A DNA stretch of 44,691 nucleotides from sequence record DRR723986_619; one strand, written 5' to 3'. Each line of letters begins with the position of its first letter. Position 1 is the first letter of the stretch. Below, piece after piece: positions 9,995-18,344 of the stretch. The notes under the pieces were generated by a model that was not told the origin of the DNA, ran no database searches, and worked only from the letters and a program-made list of their open reading frames with translations. A program made the position numbers and the translations under genes.

Positions 9995-10004
9995 GGAACT
10001 TTCC

Positions 10005-10958
10005 TCAAGTACCTTTCTGGTGAGGCGGGTCCAGAGTTTCGGCATATTGGCGCGGAGCCAAACCGAAAGCGGATTTGAAATCACGCGTGAAGTGGGACGT
10101 GCTTGCATAGCCGGCAGCTTCGGCTGCACGGGCAACGCTGGCGTTTGACGTCAATAGGTGTTGCCGGGCGCGGTCGAGACGTATCTGCTTGCGGTATTGA
10201 AGCGGGGACTGACCGAAAAGAGCAGAGAAACCATGTGCGAAATGGGAGGGGCTCATGGCAACTTCGGCTGCGATTTCGGCAATCGTCAGGTCCGGTCGTG
10301 CCGCATGGGTCTCGATATAGCGCAAGGCCTTGACCAGCCTTTCATCCCTTGCGCTAACCAGGGTCCTCAAGATGCCAAAGGCGTCGGACCGCAGGATCCG
10401 GTAACAGATTTCTTGCAGGCACAGCGGTGCCAGCACATGGCAGTCGGCTGGATCCCGAAAAGAGGTCACGAGGCGCAGCAGCGAACCGGCGAGTTCATCG
10501 TCCAGTGGTTCACAGGAGATAAGCGCGCGTTTGGCCGGGGAAGACGCATGGGCATCGGTTTCGGCAAGGCGAACCAGTGTTTGAGCAATCAGCTCAGGTG
10601 ACAATTGCAGTTTGAGGGCCAGATAGGGCTTTGCCGGTGTGCCCTCGACAACTGCGCTGTAAGAAGCGTCACCATGAAACGCGATCACGTGGCCGGGGTC
10701 ATTGACGATCTGCTTGTCACCCAGGCAAACGCGTTTCAGCCCGGAGACGGCAACGGCGACGGAAAGTCCCTTGTTCCGGCCACGGTGATAGGGAAGGCAT
10801 TCCGACAGTTTCAGAGCCCAGACGGAGCCGAGAGGGGACGGAGTGACCCCTTCCGTTTTCGCAAACTTCCGAACGGCATCACTCAGTGCAGCGATTGCTG
10901 GTGAAGCACTGTCGGTATGGACGGAGTGGCAAGCTTGTACGGGAGAATTCGTCAGCAT
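10005..10958 (-). CDS. AraC-family regulator with AraC_N (YqhC-like) N-terminal domain
   Basis: TPAKPYLALKLQL, LAPLCLQEICYRIL, IAAEVAMSPSHFAHGF..FGQSPLQY, GYASTSHFTRDFKSAFG double HTH. Confidence 0.9.
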   Translation of the reverse strand: MLTNSPVQACHSVHTDSASPAIAALSDAVRKFAKTEGVTPSPLGSVWALKLSECLPYHRGRNKGLSVAVAVSGLKRVCLGDKQIVNDPGHVIAFHGDASYSAVVEGTPAKPYLALKLQLSPELIAQTLVRLAETDAHASSPAKRALISCEPLDDELAGSLLRLVTSFRDPADCHVLAPLCLQEICYRILRSDAFGILRTLVSARDERLVKALRYIETHAARPDLTIAEIAAEVAMSPSHFAHGFSALFGQSPLQYRKQIRLDRARQHLLTSNASVARAAEAAGYASTSHFTRDFKSAFGLAPRQYAETLDPPHQKGT

Positions 10959-11008
10959 AGCTCTGGCTTAGCCAACGGCAGCCATGAGCACAAGCGGCAG
11001 ATGAAGTG

Positions 11009-11746
11009 TCAGTCCCCGACCAGACGGCTGGCAGTAAAGGGGAACAGGCGGTCATTACCGAGCATGAAAACGGAAAACTGCCGTCGCCGGAAGAGCATGC
11101 CATAGGCTTCATCGGTGACATTGAGCCCGCCGGTCAAGGCGCCAAAGGCGGGCAGGACAAGACGGGTGCCGTCGGTCACGAAGCAGGCCCGCCGGATCGA
11201 GCGGCCGAAGCGGCGCACGCGGGCGGCCGGATGCAGATGTCCGCAGATTTCTCCTGCGGTCGACGTGGAACCGACCTTCTCGATTGGTTCGTGCCGGAAG
11301 GTCAGCGGGCCGATGGTGATTTCGTCGACCGTTACACCGCACAGGCGCACCGGTGCAATCGGATCATGGTTTCCCGTCACCCAGATCCACTCACGGCCGA
11401 GCTGAAGGGTCGTCAGCATCGCGCGGTAGGGCGCTGGCAACCGGTCGGAGCCGTCGGGATCGTGGAAACTGTCTCCAAGGCAAATGACGCAAGCCGGATC
11501 GAAGGCATCGATTACGCCGGCAAGTTTCTCCAGCGTTGCTCCGGTGTCATAGGGCGGAAGCATCACGCCGCGTCGGGCGTAGCTAGACCCTTTTTCAAGA
11601 TGGAGATCCGCGACGATCAGGGTGGACTCGTCCGGCCACCACAAGATCCCGCTGTCGTGCAGACCGACCAGCTGGCCATTGATCTGAATGTCATGACATA
11701 CCGGCGCAGCAGCATATTTGCGCAAATGGGATGTCAGGGCACTCAT
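11009..11746 (-). CDS. pdeM: Ligase-associated DNA damage response metallophosphoesterase/endonuclease
   Basis: Calcineurin-like motifs ADLHL, LGDSFH, GNHD, RHEP and GHLHP; 4-bp overlap with the Lhr helicase. Confidence 0.92.
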   Translation of the reverse strand: MSALTSHLRKYAAAPVCHDIQINGQLVGLHDSGILWWPDESTLIVADLHLEKGSSYARRGVMLPPYDTGATLEKLAGVIDAFDPACVICLGDSFHDPDGSDRLPAPYRAMLTTLQLGREWIWVTGNHDPIAPVRLCGVTVDEITIGPLTFRHEPIEKVGSTSTAGEICGHLHPAARVRRFGRSIRRACFVTDGTRLVLPAFGALTGGLNVTDEAYGMLFRRRQFSVFMLGNDRLFPFTASRLVGD

Positions 11747-14247
11747 TCCATAGCCTCCAGTACGAGTTCTTCGGCTGCCTCTGCCAACAGCGTGTCCATG
11801 GCCTCCCCGTAGACCGGTTCCTTACCTATTTCCAGGAGAATTGGCACGGCAAGGGGAGACACATGCGGGAGTTCAGTATGCGTGATTCGTCCACGTATAC
11901 GGGCAAGAAGTTCCCCCAAACGCGAGATATCCAAAAGTCCTTCGGCGGCGTCGTTCCAGGTTGCCTTGAGTAATATGTGGTCTGGTTCATGGGCTCGCAG
12001 CACGTCATAGATCAGGTCCGAGGATACGGTTACCTGCCGGCCCGACTTCTCCAGCCCCGGGTGGCGGCGTTCGATCAGACCGGCAATGACGGCACAATTA
12101 CGAAACGTACGTTTCATGAGGCTGGATTCGGCGAGCCAGGCATCCAGATCGTCGCCGAGGATGTCTTCCTCGAACAATCGGTCGAGAGGAATTCTGCCGG
12201 AAGAAAACAGCAGAGACAGGTCTCCGAGGCCCCAGACGGCAAGCGCATAGTCGTTGGCGACGAAGCCGAGCGGGTTCGCACCCAGCCGCTCCAGACGCTT
12301 GGTCAGCAGCATGCCAAGTGTCTGGTGCGCCAATCGTCCCTCGAACGGATAACAGACCATGTAGTGCTTGTTGGCGCGCGGAAACGTCTCCACCAGCAAG
12401 CCGTCCCTTGCAGGCAGGACGGATTTCTCTCTCTGGATGTTCAGCCAGTCGCGCACTTGTTCGGGCAGCGCCTTCCAGCTCTCGGGTGTCGCCAGCATCG
12501 TGCGGACGCCTTCAGCGAGATAGGTGGAGAGCGGAAACTTTCCGCCCATGTAGGACGGGATCATCGGATTGTCCGATGTGGTGCGCGAGACATAGGCCTC
12601 GTTTTCGCGGATGCCCTCGAAACGCACCACCTCGCCGCCGAAAAGAAACGTGTCGCCCGGCGCCATCTGCTCCAGAAAATACTCTTCCATCTCACCCAGA
12701 ACACGCCCGCCGCGGCCGACGGGTGTTCTTCGCCCCGCGGCCTTGGAGCGCACCAGCCGCACCTTCAGCATCGGGGCTTCGACAATGGTGCCGACATTCA
12801 GCCGGTATTGCTGCGCGATCTTCGGGTGGGAAATCCGCCAAAGCCCGTCCTGGCCTTTCCGCAGCTTGGCATATTGATCGTAGCTCTTCAGTGCGTAGCC
12901 GCCGGTGGCGACGAAATCGAGAACCCGCTCGAACGTCTCCCAGTCGAGATGCCTGTAGGTTTCAGAGGACCGTATTTCATTAAAGACATCTACTGCATCC
13001 AACGGGTCTGCGCAGGCAAGGCCGAGCAGATGCTGGGCAAGCACGTCCAGCGCGCCCTGGCGCAGCGGCGGCGTGTCCTGATCACCGCGCATCGACGCGG
13101 CAAGGGCCGCCTGACACTCGAGCACCTCGAACCGGTTGGAGGGGATGAGGATCGCCTTCGACGGTTCGTCCATGCGGTGGTTGGCACGGCCGATCCGCTG
13201 GGCAAGGCGGCTGGCCCCTTTCGGCGCACCGATGTTGACCACCAGATCGATATCGCCCCAGTCGATGCCCATATCCAGCGAAGAGGTGGCAACCACGGCC
13301 TTCAGCGCACCGGAGGCCATGGCCGTTTCGACTTTCCGCCGCTGGCCGACATCAAGCGAGCCATGATGCAGCGCGATCGGCAGCGTATCGTCGTTTATGC
13401 GCCAGAGTTCCTGAAACACCATTTCGGCCTGGCTGCGCGTGTTGACGAACAGCAGCGATACGTTGTGCGCCTTGATCAGCTTGTAGATGTCGGCAATGGC
13501 ATAGCGCGACGAGTGGCCGGACCAGGGAACGCGTTCTTCGCTCTCCAGGATCGAGATGTCGGGCTTGGCGCCACCGGCGACCTCAACGACATGAGACAGC
13601 GACCGGGCGTCCGGGTCGGGCTGATCGACAAGATAGGCGCGCAGGTCATCCGGCTCGGCGACAGTTGCCGAAAGCCCGATGGTCCTGAGGTTCGGGGCAA
13701 GACGCCTCAGCCGTGCCAGGCCAAGTGCCAAGAGGTCGCCACGCTTGGAGGTCACCAGCGCATGCAACTCGTCCAGAATGACGGTTCGAAGCGAGGCAAA
13801 CATCCGTGCCGAAGCCGGATCCGACAGAAGCAGGGCAATCTGTTCCGGCGTGGTCAGCAGAATGTCCGGTGGATTGAGCTTTTGCCGCTGGCGCTTGTGA
13901 GAGGGCGTGTCACCGGTGCGGGTTTCCAGCCGGACGGCAAGATCCATTTCCGAAACCGGAGCCTCCAGGTTGCGGGCAATATCGACCGCAAGTGCCTTCA
14001 GCGGCGAGATGTAAAGTGTGTGGATGCCATTGCCCGCGGAACCGGGTTTGCGCTTTCCCCGCGCTTCCAGTTCCACCAGGCTTGGCAGGAACCCGGCCAG
14101 GGTCTTCCCGGCGCCCGTAGGTGCAATCAGCAGAGTGGAATGGCCCTGTTGCAGATGATCGATCAGTTGCAGCTGATGGGGCCTTGGAGCCCATCCCCGC
14201 GAGGCAAACCAGCTTTGGAATCTGTTTGGTAGCAACTGCACGTCCAT
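11743..14247 (-). CDS. lhr: Lhr-core DEXH-box helicase (ligase-associated DNA damage response)
   Basis: APTGAGKT, YISPLKALAVD, DELH, GLSAT, HHGSL and QRIGRANH motifs. 834 aa, Lhr-core size with no C-terminal extension. Confidence 0.95.
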   Translation of the reverse strand: MDVQLLPNRFQSWFASRGWAPRPHQLQLIDHLQQGHSTLLIAPTGAGKTLAGFLPSLVELEARGKRKPGSAGNGIHTLYISPLKALAVDIARNLEAPVSEMDLAVRLETRTGDTPSHKRQRQKLNPPDILLTTPEQIALLLSDPASARMFASLRTVILDELHALVTSKRGDLLALGLARLRRLAPNLRTIGLSATVAEPDDLRAYLVDQPDPDARSLSHVVEVAGGAKPDISILESEERVPWSGHSSRYAIADIYKLIKAHNVSLLFVNTRSQAEMVFQELWRINDDTLPIALHHGSLDVGQRRKVETAMASGALKAVVATSSLDMGIDWGDIDLVVNIGAPKGASRLAQRIGRANHRMDEPSKAILIPSNRFEVLECQAALAASMRGDQDTPPLRQGALDVLAQHLLGLACADPLDAVDVFNEIRSSETYRHLDWETFERVLDFVATGGYALKSYDQYAKLRKGQDGLWRISHPKIAQQYRLNVGTIVEAPMLKVRLVRSKAAGRRTPVGRGGRVLGEMEEYFLEQMAPGDTFLFGGEVVRFEGIRENEAYVSRTTSDNPMIPSYMGGKFPLSTYLAEGVRTMLATPESWKALPEQVRDWLNIQREKSVLPARDGLLVETFPRANKHYMVCYPFEGRLAHQTLGMLLTKRLERLGANPLGFVANDYALAVWGLGDLSLLFSSGRIPLDRLFEEDILGDDLDAWLAESSLMKRTFRNCAVIAGLIERRHPGLEKSGRQVTVSSDLIYDVLRAHEPDHILLKATWNDAAEGLLDISRLGELLARIRGRITHTELPHVSPLAVPILLEIGKEPVYGEAMDTLLAEAAEELVLEAME

Positions 14248-14291
14248 GGCTTTGGTTTTAGGCCAGGGATGGGTGAAAGGCGAGGGGGAAT

Positions 14292-14317
14292 GTTCCTTGA
14301 TTGTTCAGCTTGTGTTC
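14292..14317. promoter_or_regulatory. Overlapping alphaproteobacterial LexA (SOS) boxes
   Basis: GTTC-cttgatt-GTTC-agcttgt-GTTC, two overlapping perfect GTTC-N7-GTTC sites 45-70 bp upstream of lhr. Confidence 0.8.
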
Positions 14318-14366
14318 AGGTGACCTTTGGTCAATTCTGCGCGAATATGACCTAGGGGAGGTTCTT

Positions 14367-15290
14367 TTGAAAACATTGGTATTTATGGGACTTTTGTCGG
14401 TAATCGTTCTTTGTGCAGGCGGAAGCGCAAATGCTTCGGAAAGCCTCAATTACCGTTGCAAACTCGGCAATGAGTTCGTCTTCATTGAAACGATCCCGGA
14501 AGAGGGGCGCGCAATTCTCGAGGATATCAACGGCAAGACAATCCTGGTGCCGGACGGGCGAGGTGGTTACTTCAACGATGACGAGGAAATCTCTTTTGAG
14601 CGGGCTAAAGCCGTTCCTGAACTCTGGCTTGGCGATGTGTCGCATAACTGCGAAATAGCGGCGCCAGATTCCATCGGTCAGAGCCAGGCAAGCAACGCAG
14701 TTGGAAAAAATGAAACGCAATTGAATCTCCAGGGCCAATCTCGGGGGGGCAAGTTGCGCGCAGGTCCGGGAACGAATTTCGCGCAGGTCGGCAGCCTTTT
14801 GGAGGGGACCTGGGTCACCATCCTTAAAAACAGTGGTGTTCGAATGGACGGCTACGACTGGTTTGAAGTCGTGGCCGATAGCGGATTGCACGGTTTCCAG
14901 TGGGGCGGAATCATGTGCTCCAACGGCTCGAAGATTGCCGGTGTCTATCAAGCTTGTGGTGCGCAGGCGTCTGCGCAGCCAGCCACGAAAGTGGCTCAGC
15001 AACTCGGTGGTGGCTGGATGGCGTTTGCTCTGGCACCTGGCGGAGCCTTTGGTCATGGTGCTGCCCCCACCAGGGCAGCCGCGGAACAATTCGCCATGCA
15101 ATATTGCGGCAACAATCAATGCCGGATTGCGGACGCCACCCAGGCAAGGTGCCATGCATTGGCCGTTTCACCTTCCAGCAATGGCGTTGGCGCTGGCGAC
15201 AGCGAACAGGCAGCGATGAACTTTGCCATGGGCTGGTGCTCGAACAGCGGCGCAAGCGGCTGCCGTATCGAGTATTCCTATTGCCAGTGA
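14367..15290 (+). CDS. Secreted multidomain protein: bacterial SH3-like domain plus Cys-rich DUF4189-like C-terminal domain
   Basis: GGAGG RBS then TTG 14367. Signal peptide MKTLVFMGLLSVIVLCAGGSANA; KLRAGPGTNFAQVGSL...WFEV SH3b pattern; two AAEQFAMQYC..C / QAAMNFAMGWC..C repeats. Confidence 0.7.
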   Translation: MKTLVFMGLLSVIVLCAGGSANASESLNYRCKLGNEFVFIETIPEEGRAILEDINGKTILVPDGRGGYFNDDEEISFERAKAVPELWLGDVSHNCEIAAPDSIGQSQASNAVGKNETQLNLQGQSRGGKLRAGPGTNFAQVGSLLEGTWVTILKNSGVRMDGYDWFEVVADSGLHGFQWGGIMCSNGSKIAGVYQACGAQASAQPATKVAQQLGGGWMAFALAPGGAFGHGAAPTRAAAEQFAMQYCGNNQCRIADATQARCHALAVSPSSNGVGAGDSEQAAMNFAMGWCSNSGASGCRIEYSYCQ

Positions 15291-15310
15291 GCCACTTGCC
15301 AGTGAACCAC
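15281..15310 (+). repeat. 15-bp tandem duplication across the stop codon
   Basis: TTGCCAGTGAGCCAC followed directly by TTGCCAGTGAACCAC (one mismatch). Confidence 0.85.
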
Positions 15311-15382
15311 GACGCCATGGCCATGCGCCCTTTTCGCCGAATGGCCATGGCAGATCCGCAAATCAGACCTATCTAGCGACGG

Positions 15383-16405
15383 ATGTCCGATCTACTGACG
15401 CTGACACCCGAAGGCCTCTATTGTCCTGAAGCAGGTGTCCATATCGACCCCGTCCGCCCGGTCGAAAGGGCGGTCATCACGCATGGCCACGCAGATCATG
15501 CGCGTTCGGGTCATGGCGCGGTGCTGGCAACGGGCCAGACCCTCGACATCATGGCAATCCGCTATGGCGAGAACTTCTGCGGATCGGCGCAGGCGATCGG
15601 ATATGGCGAGACGTTGAAGCTTCGGGATGTTGAGATCTCGCTGCACCCTGCAGGTCATGTACTTGGCTCTGCCCAGGTTCTGCTGTTATCTGCCGGGCGG
15701 CGAACCGTCGTATCGGGAGACTACAAACGGCAGGCAGACCCGACCTGCGCGCCTTTCGAAGTGGTGCCCTGCGATACCTTCGTTACCGAGGCGACCTTCG
15801 GTCTGCCGGTGTTTCGTCATCCCCCGGCGCGAGAGGAGATTGCCAAGCTGCTGTCGTCGCTGGAGCTGTTTCCGGAGCAGACCCATCTGGTCGGTGCCTA
15901 TGCGCTCGGCAAGGCGCAACGTGTTCTCGCAGAATTGCGGGCGGCCGGTTACCAAAAGACGGTCTACCTTCACGGCGCATTGGAGAAGCTGACGGCCTAT
16001 TACCGAAGCCAGGGGATCGAACTTGGCGATGTCGAACCTGTCGGCCAGCGCGGCAAGGAGCTTGCCGGTGAAATCGTCATGTGTCCGCCCGGCCAGCTTT
16101 CGGACCGTTGGTCCCGCCGGTTCGGCGATCCGGTCGCGGCAATGGCCTCGGGGTGGATGCGTGTTCGGGCGCGGGCGCGACAAAGAGGGGCAGAGTTGCC
16201 TCTGATCCTGTCCGACCATGCCGACTGGGACGACCTTTGCCGCACCATTCTGGAAACGGGTGCCGAGCAGATCTGGGTGACCCATGGCGCGGAGGAGGCA
16301 CTTGTCCACTGGTGCGAATTGAATGGACGAAACGCCCGCCCGCTCAATATGATAGGCTATGACGACGGCGAGGACGCCGACGTTGCGCGGGCCGCACAAG
16401 GCTGA
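15383..16405 (+). CDS. Ligase-associated DNA damage response exonuclease (MBL fold / beta-CASP-like)
   Basis: ITHGHADH, AGHVLGSA, SGDY, TEATFGLP, SDHADW and THG motifs. Confidence 0.93.
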   Translation: MSDLLTLTPEGLYCPEAGVHIDPVRPVERAVITHGHADHARSGHGAVLATGQTLDIMAIRYGENFCGSAQAIGYGETLKLRDVEISLHPAGHVLGSAQVLLLSAGRRTVVSGDYKRQADPTCAPFEVVPCDTFVTEATFGLPVFRHPPAREEIAKLLSSLELFPEQTHLVGAYALGKAQRVLAELRAAGYQKTVYLHGALEKLTAYYRSQGIELGDVEPVGQRGKELAGEIVMCPPGQLSDRWSRRFGDPVAAMASGWMRVRARARQRGAELPLILSDHADWDDLCRTILETGAEQIWVTHGAEEALVHWCELNGRNARPLNMIGYDDGEDADVARAAQG

Positions 16406-16457
16406 TCCGGCCCACGCGAAATTGCGGCATTTATTTCCTTTTGGGGGAGAGGCAGTC

Positions 16458-16901
16458 ATGGCGGACGACGGTGAATTTGCAGGTGCCGGCAACGGCCAGA
16501 CAAACGGCGCCGGGGCTGGTGCCAACGGCGAAGCCGAAGAGGCGATTGCACAGCTCTTTGACGACTATCAGGCCGGCTTCAACGATTATGACATCGACAG
16601 GATCTGTGACTGCTTCGCCCTGCCGACCATCATCTGGCAGCATGAGAAGGGGCATGTCTTCAACGACGACGAAGAGTTGATCGAGAACATCGAAGCGCTC
16701 CTTCAGGCATTGGAGAAGGAAGGCGTGTCCCATTCGGACTTTCACGTCGTATCCAGCCACGTGAGCGGCTCCGTCGCTCTGGTGACCCTCGACTGGAGCC
16801 AGGAAACGGCGGACGGCGAAGCCGTGTTCGAGTTCACCTGCCATTATCAGCTTATCCAGGACGGAGCGGATTGGGTTATTGCCTGCATCGTCAATGAATA
16901 G
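16458..16901 (+). CDS. Acidic NTF2/SnoaL-like fold protein, function unknown
   Basis: GGAG RBS then ATG 16458. Helix pattern IAQLFDDYQAGFNDYDIDRICDCF followed by beta strands ending GADWVIACIV. Confidence 0.7.
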   Translation: MADDGEFAGAGNGQTNGAGAGANGEAEEAIAQLFDDYQAGFNDYDIDRICDCFALPTIIWQHEKGHVFNDDEELIENIEALLQALEKEGVSHSDFHVVSSHVSGSVALVTLDWSQETADGEAVFEFTCHYQLIQDGADWVIACIVNE

Positions 16902-18297
16902 AACGACGGGCCGGAGGGCAGGGTGCCTTACCCTGCTGCCGATCCTTTGCCTGCTTTCGGTCCTGTCGGGAACCGCAGCGGGCGAAACGCGGGCTATCTA
17001 TGGAGCATTGACGCCAGCACCGGAAACCTTGCGAACCTGCACACTTCCGGAGATGACGCCTGGCAAGGTGTTGCTGGAGACCGATTGCCGTTATACGGAA
17101 CCGGTCGTCATCTCCTCCGACAACATCCTGCTGGATTGCCGCGGTGGCACCATCACGGGCATGCACCGGCGTGGCATTACCATTCGGCCAGGCCTGAAAA
17201 ACATCACCATTCGCGACTGTCGCCTCGACGATACCGGTGGCATCCTGATTGAAGGCCAAACGCCGTCGGATGATGCGGCGGCGCGGGAAGAGGCGCGGGC
17301 AAATTCGTCCCAAGGGGTTGTTCTCGACCATCTGACCATCACCAAGTCCTACATGACAGGCGTCTTTGTCGATCACTACGTCGTCGGCGCGACGATCCGT
17401 AATTCCATCGTTGCCGATGGTCACCATGTTGGCATCTATCTGGAGCATGGGTCGCAGAAGAACGTCGTTTCCGGCAATCTGATCCGCAACAATGGCCTCT
17501 TCACCAACAAGGGCATCCGGCGCATCGGCCCGACCCGCCGCGAAGGCTTGTCCGTGGATGGATCCGCGTACAACCTGATCGAAAACAACATCTTCGACAG
17601 CAACGCTTTCGGCGGCATCTTTCACTACAAGAACTGTTGGGAGTTCCACACCACCAACCCGGAAAGCCGACCGCGCCTGCAAGGATCGGACGGCAACGTC
17701 ATCCGCGGCAACGTCTTTCGGAACATGGACATCGGCATCTGGGTTGCCTCGCGCCAGGCGCGCGATCTGGTGATGTGGGACTGCGGCGACAAGAGCCCTT
17801 ACGACAGTCCGGTTTCACTGGCCCCGATGATGGGCGACCGCCCATGGGGGCAGTCCGACTCTTTTCTGGGGTATCACTTCAACCCGGAACTCATCGCCGG
17901 TTTTGTCGACAAGAACGCGCTTGCTCCCAGATGGCCGTTTCCGATGGAGCTGCACCTTTACGAGGATTTCGCCGAAGACAACACGTACCAGGACAACTGC
18001 TTCGAGAACCTTGTCACGGGCATCCGGATCGAGGACGACGGCAACACGGTCCGGGACAATCTGTTTGTGGGAGACTTCGAATACCTTTATCTCGGCAGTC
18101 CGTTCCGGGCAAAAATGCTGAACCGGCCGATAGAGGGAACAGTGATAGAAGGCAACAAGAATGCCTCGCCCTCGTCGCGAAGCTTCCTGCAGAACAGCTT
18201 TCTGGCCGATGACGAGCACAAGGACACTGTCATCGTCCAGCCCGATGCTGGTTCATCCGTGCCTGCGCCGGATACCTGCAAGACGGGACAAACCTAG
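16894..18297 (+). CDS. Secreted right-handed parallel beta-helix repeat protein
   Basis: Signal peptide after ATG 16894, which overlaps the upstream stop. Repeated coils GIYLEHGSQKNVVSGNLIRNN, GLSVDGSAYNLIENNIFDSN, GIRIEDDGNTVRDNLF. Confidence 0.85.
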   Translation: MNRTTGRRAGCLTLLPILCLLSVLSGTAAGETRAIYGALTPAPETLRTCTLPEMTPGKVLLETDCRYTEPVVISSDNILLDCRGGTITGMHRRGITIRPGLKNITIRDCRLDDTGGILIEGQTPSDDAAAREEARANSSQGVVLDHLTITKSYMTGVFVDHYVVGATIRNSIVADGHHVGIYLEHGSQKNVVSGNLIRNNGLFTNKGIRRIGPTRREGLSVDGSAYNLIENNIFDSNAFGGIFHYKNCWEFHTTNPESRPRLQGSDGNVIRGNVFRNMDIGIWVASRQARDLVMWDCGDKSPYDSPVSLAPMMGDRPWGQSDSFLGYHFNPELIAGFVDKNALAPRWPFPMELHLYEDFAEDNTYQDNCFENLVTGIRIEDDGNTVRDNLFVGDFEYLYLGSPFRAKMLNRPIEGTVIEGNKNASPSSRSFLQNSFLADDEHKDTVIVQPDAGSSVPAPDTCKTGQT

Positions 18298-18310
18298 ACC
18301 GGTTCAAATG

Positions 18311-18341
18311 AAAAAAGCCGGTGACACGGGTCACCGGCTTT
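18311..18341. terminator. Bidirectional intrinsic terminator
   Basis: AAAAAAGCCGGTGAC-acgg-GTCACCGGCTTT between convergent genes. Confidence 0.9.
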
Positions 18342-18344
18342 CTG

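Noticed and set aside
11977..14232. 751-aa plus-strand ORF, and similar long antisense ORFs (332-1339, 2306-3484, 18321-19907, 26527-27939, 29505-30803, 33171-34433, 38941-40059, 43639-44664)
   Set aside because: They lie opposite well-supported genes and have no recognisable motifs; expected shadows of GC-rich codon usage.
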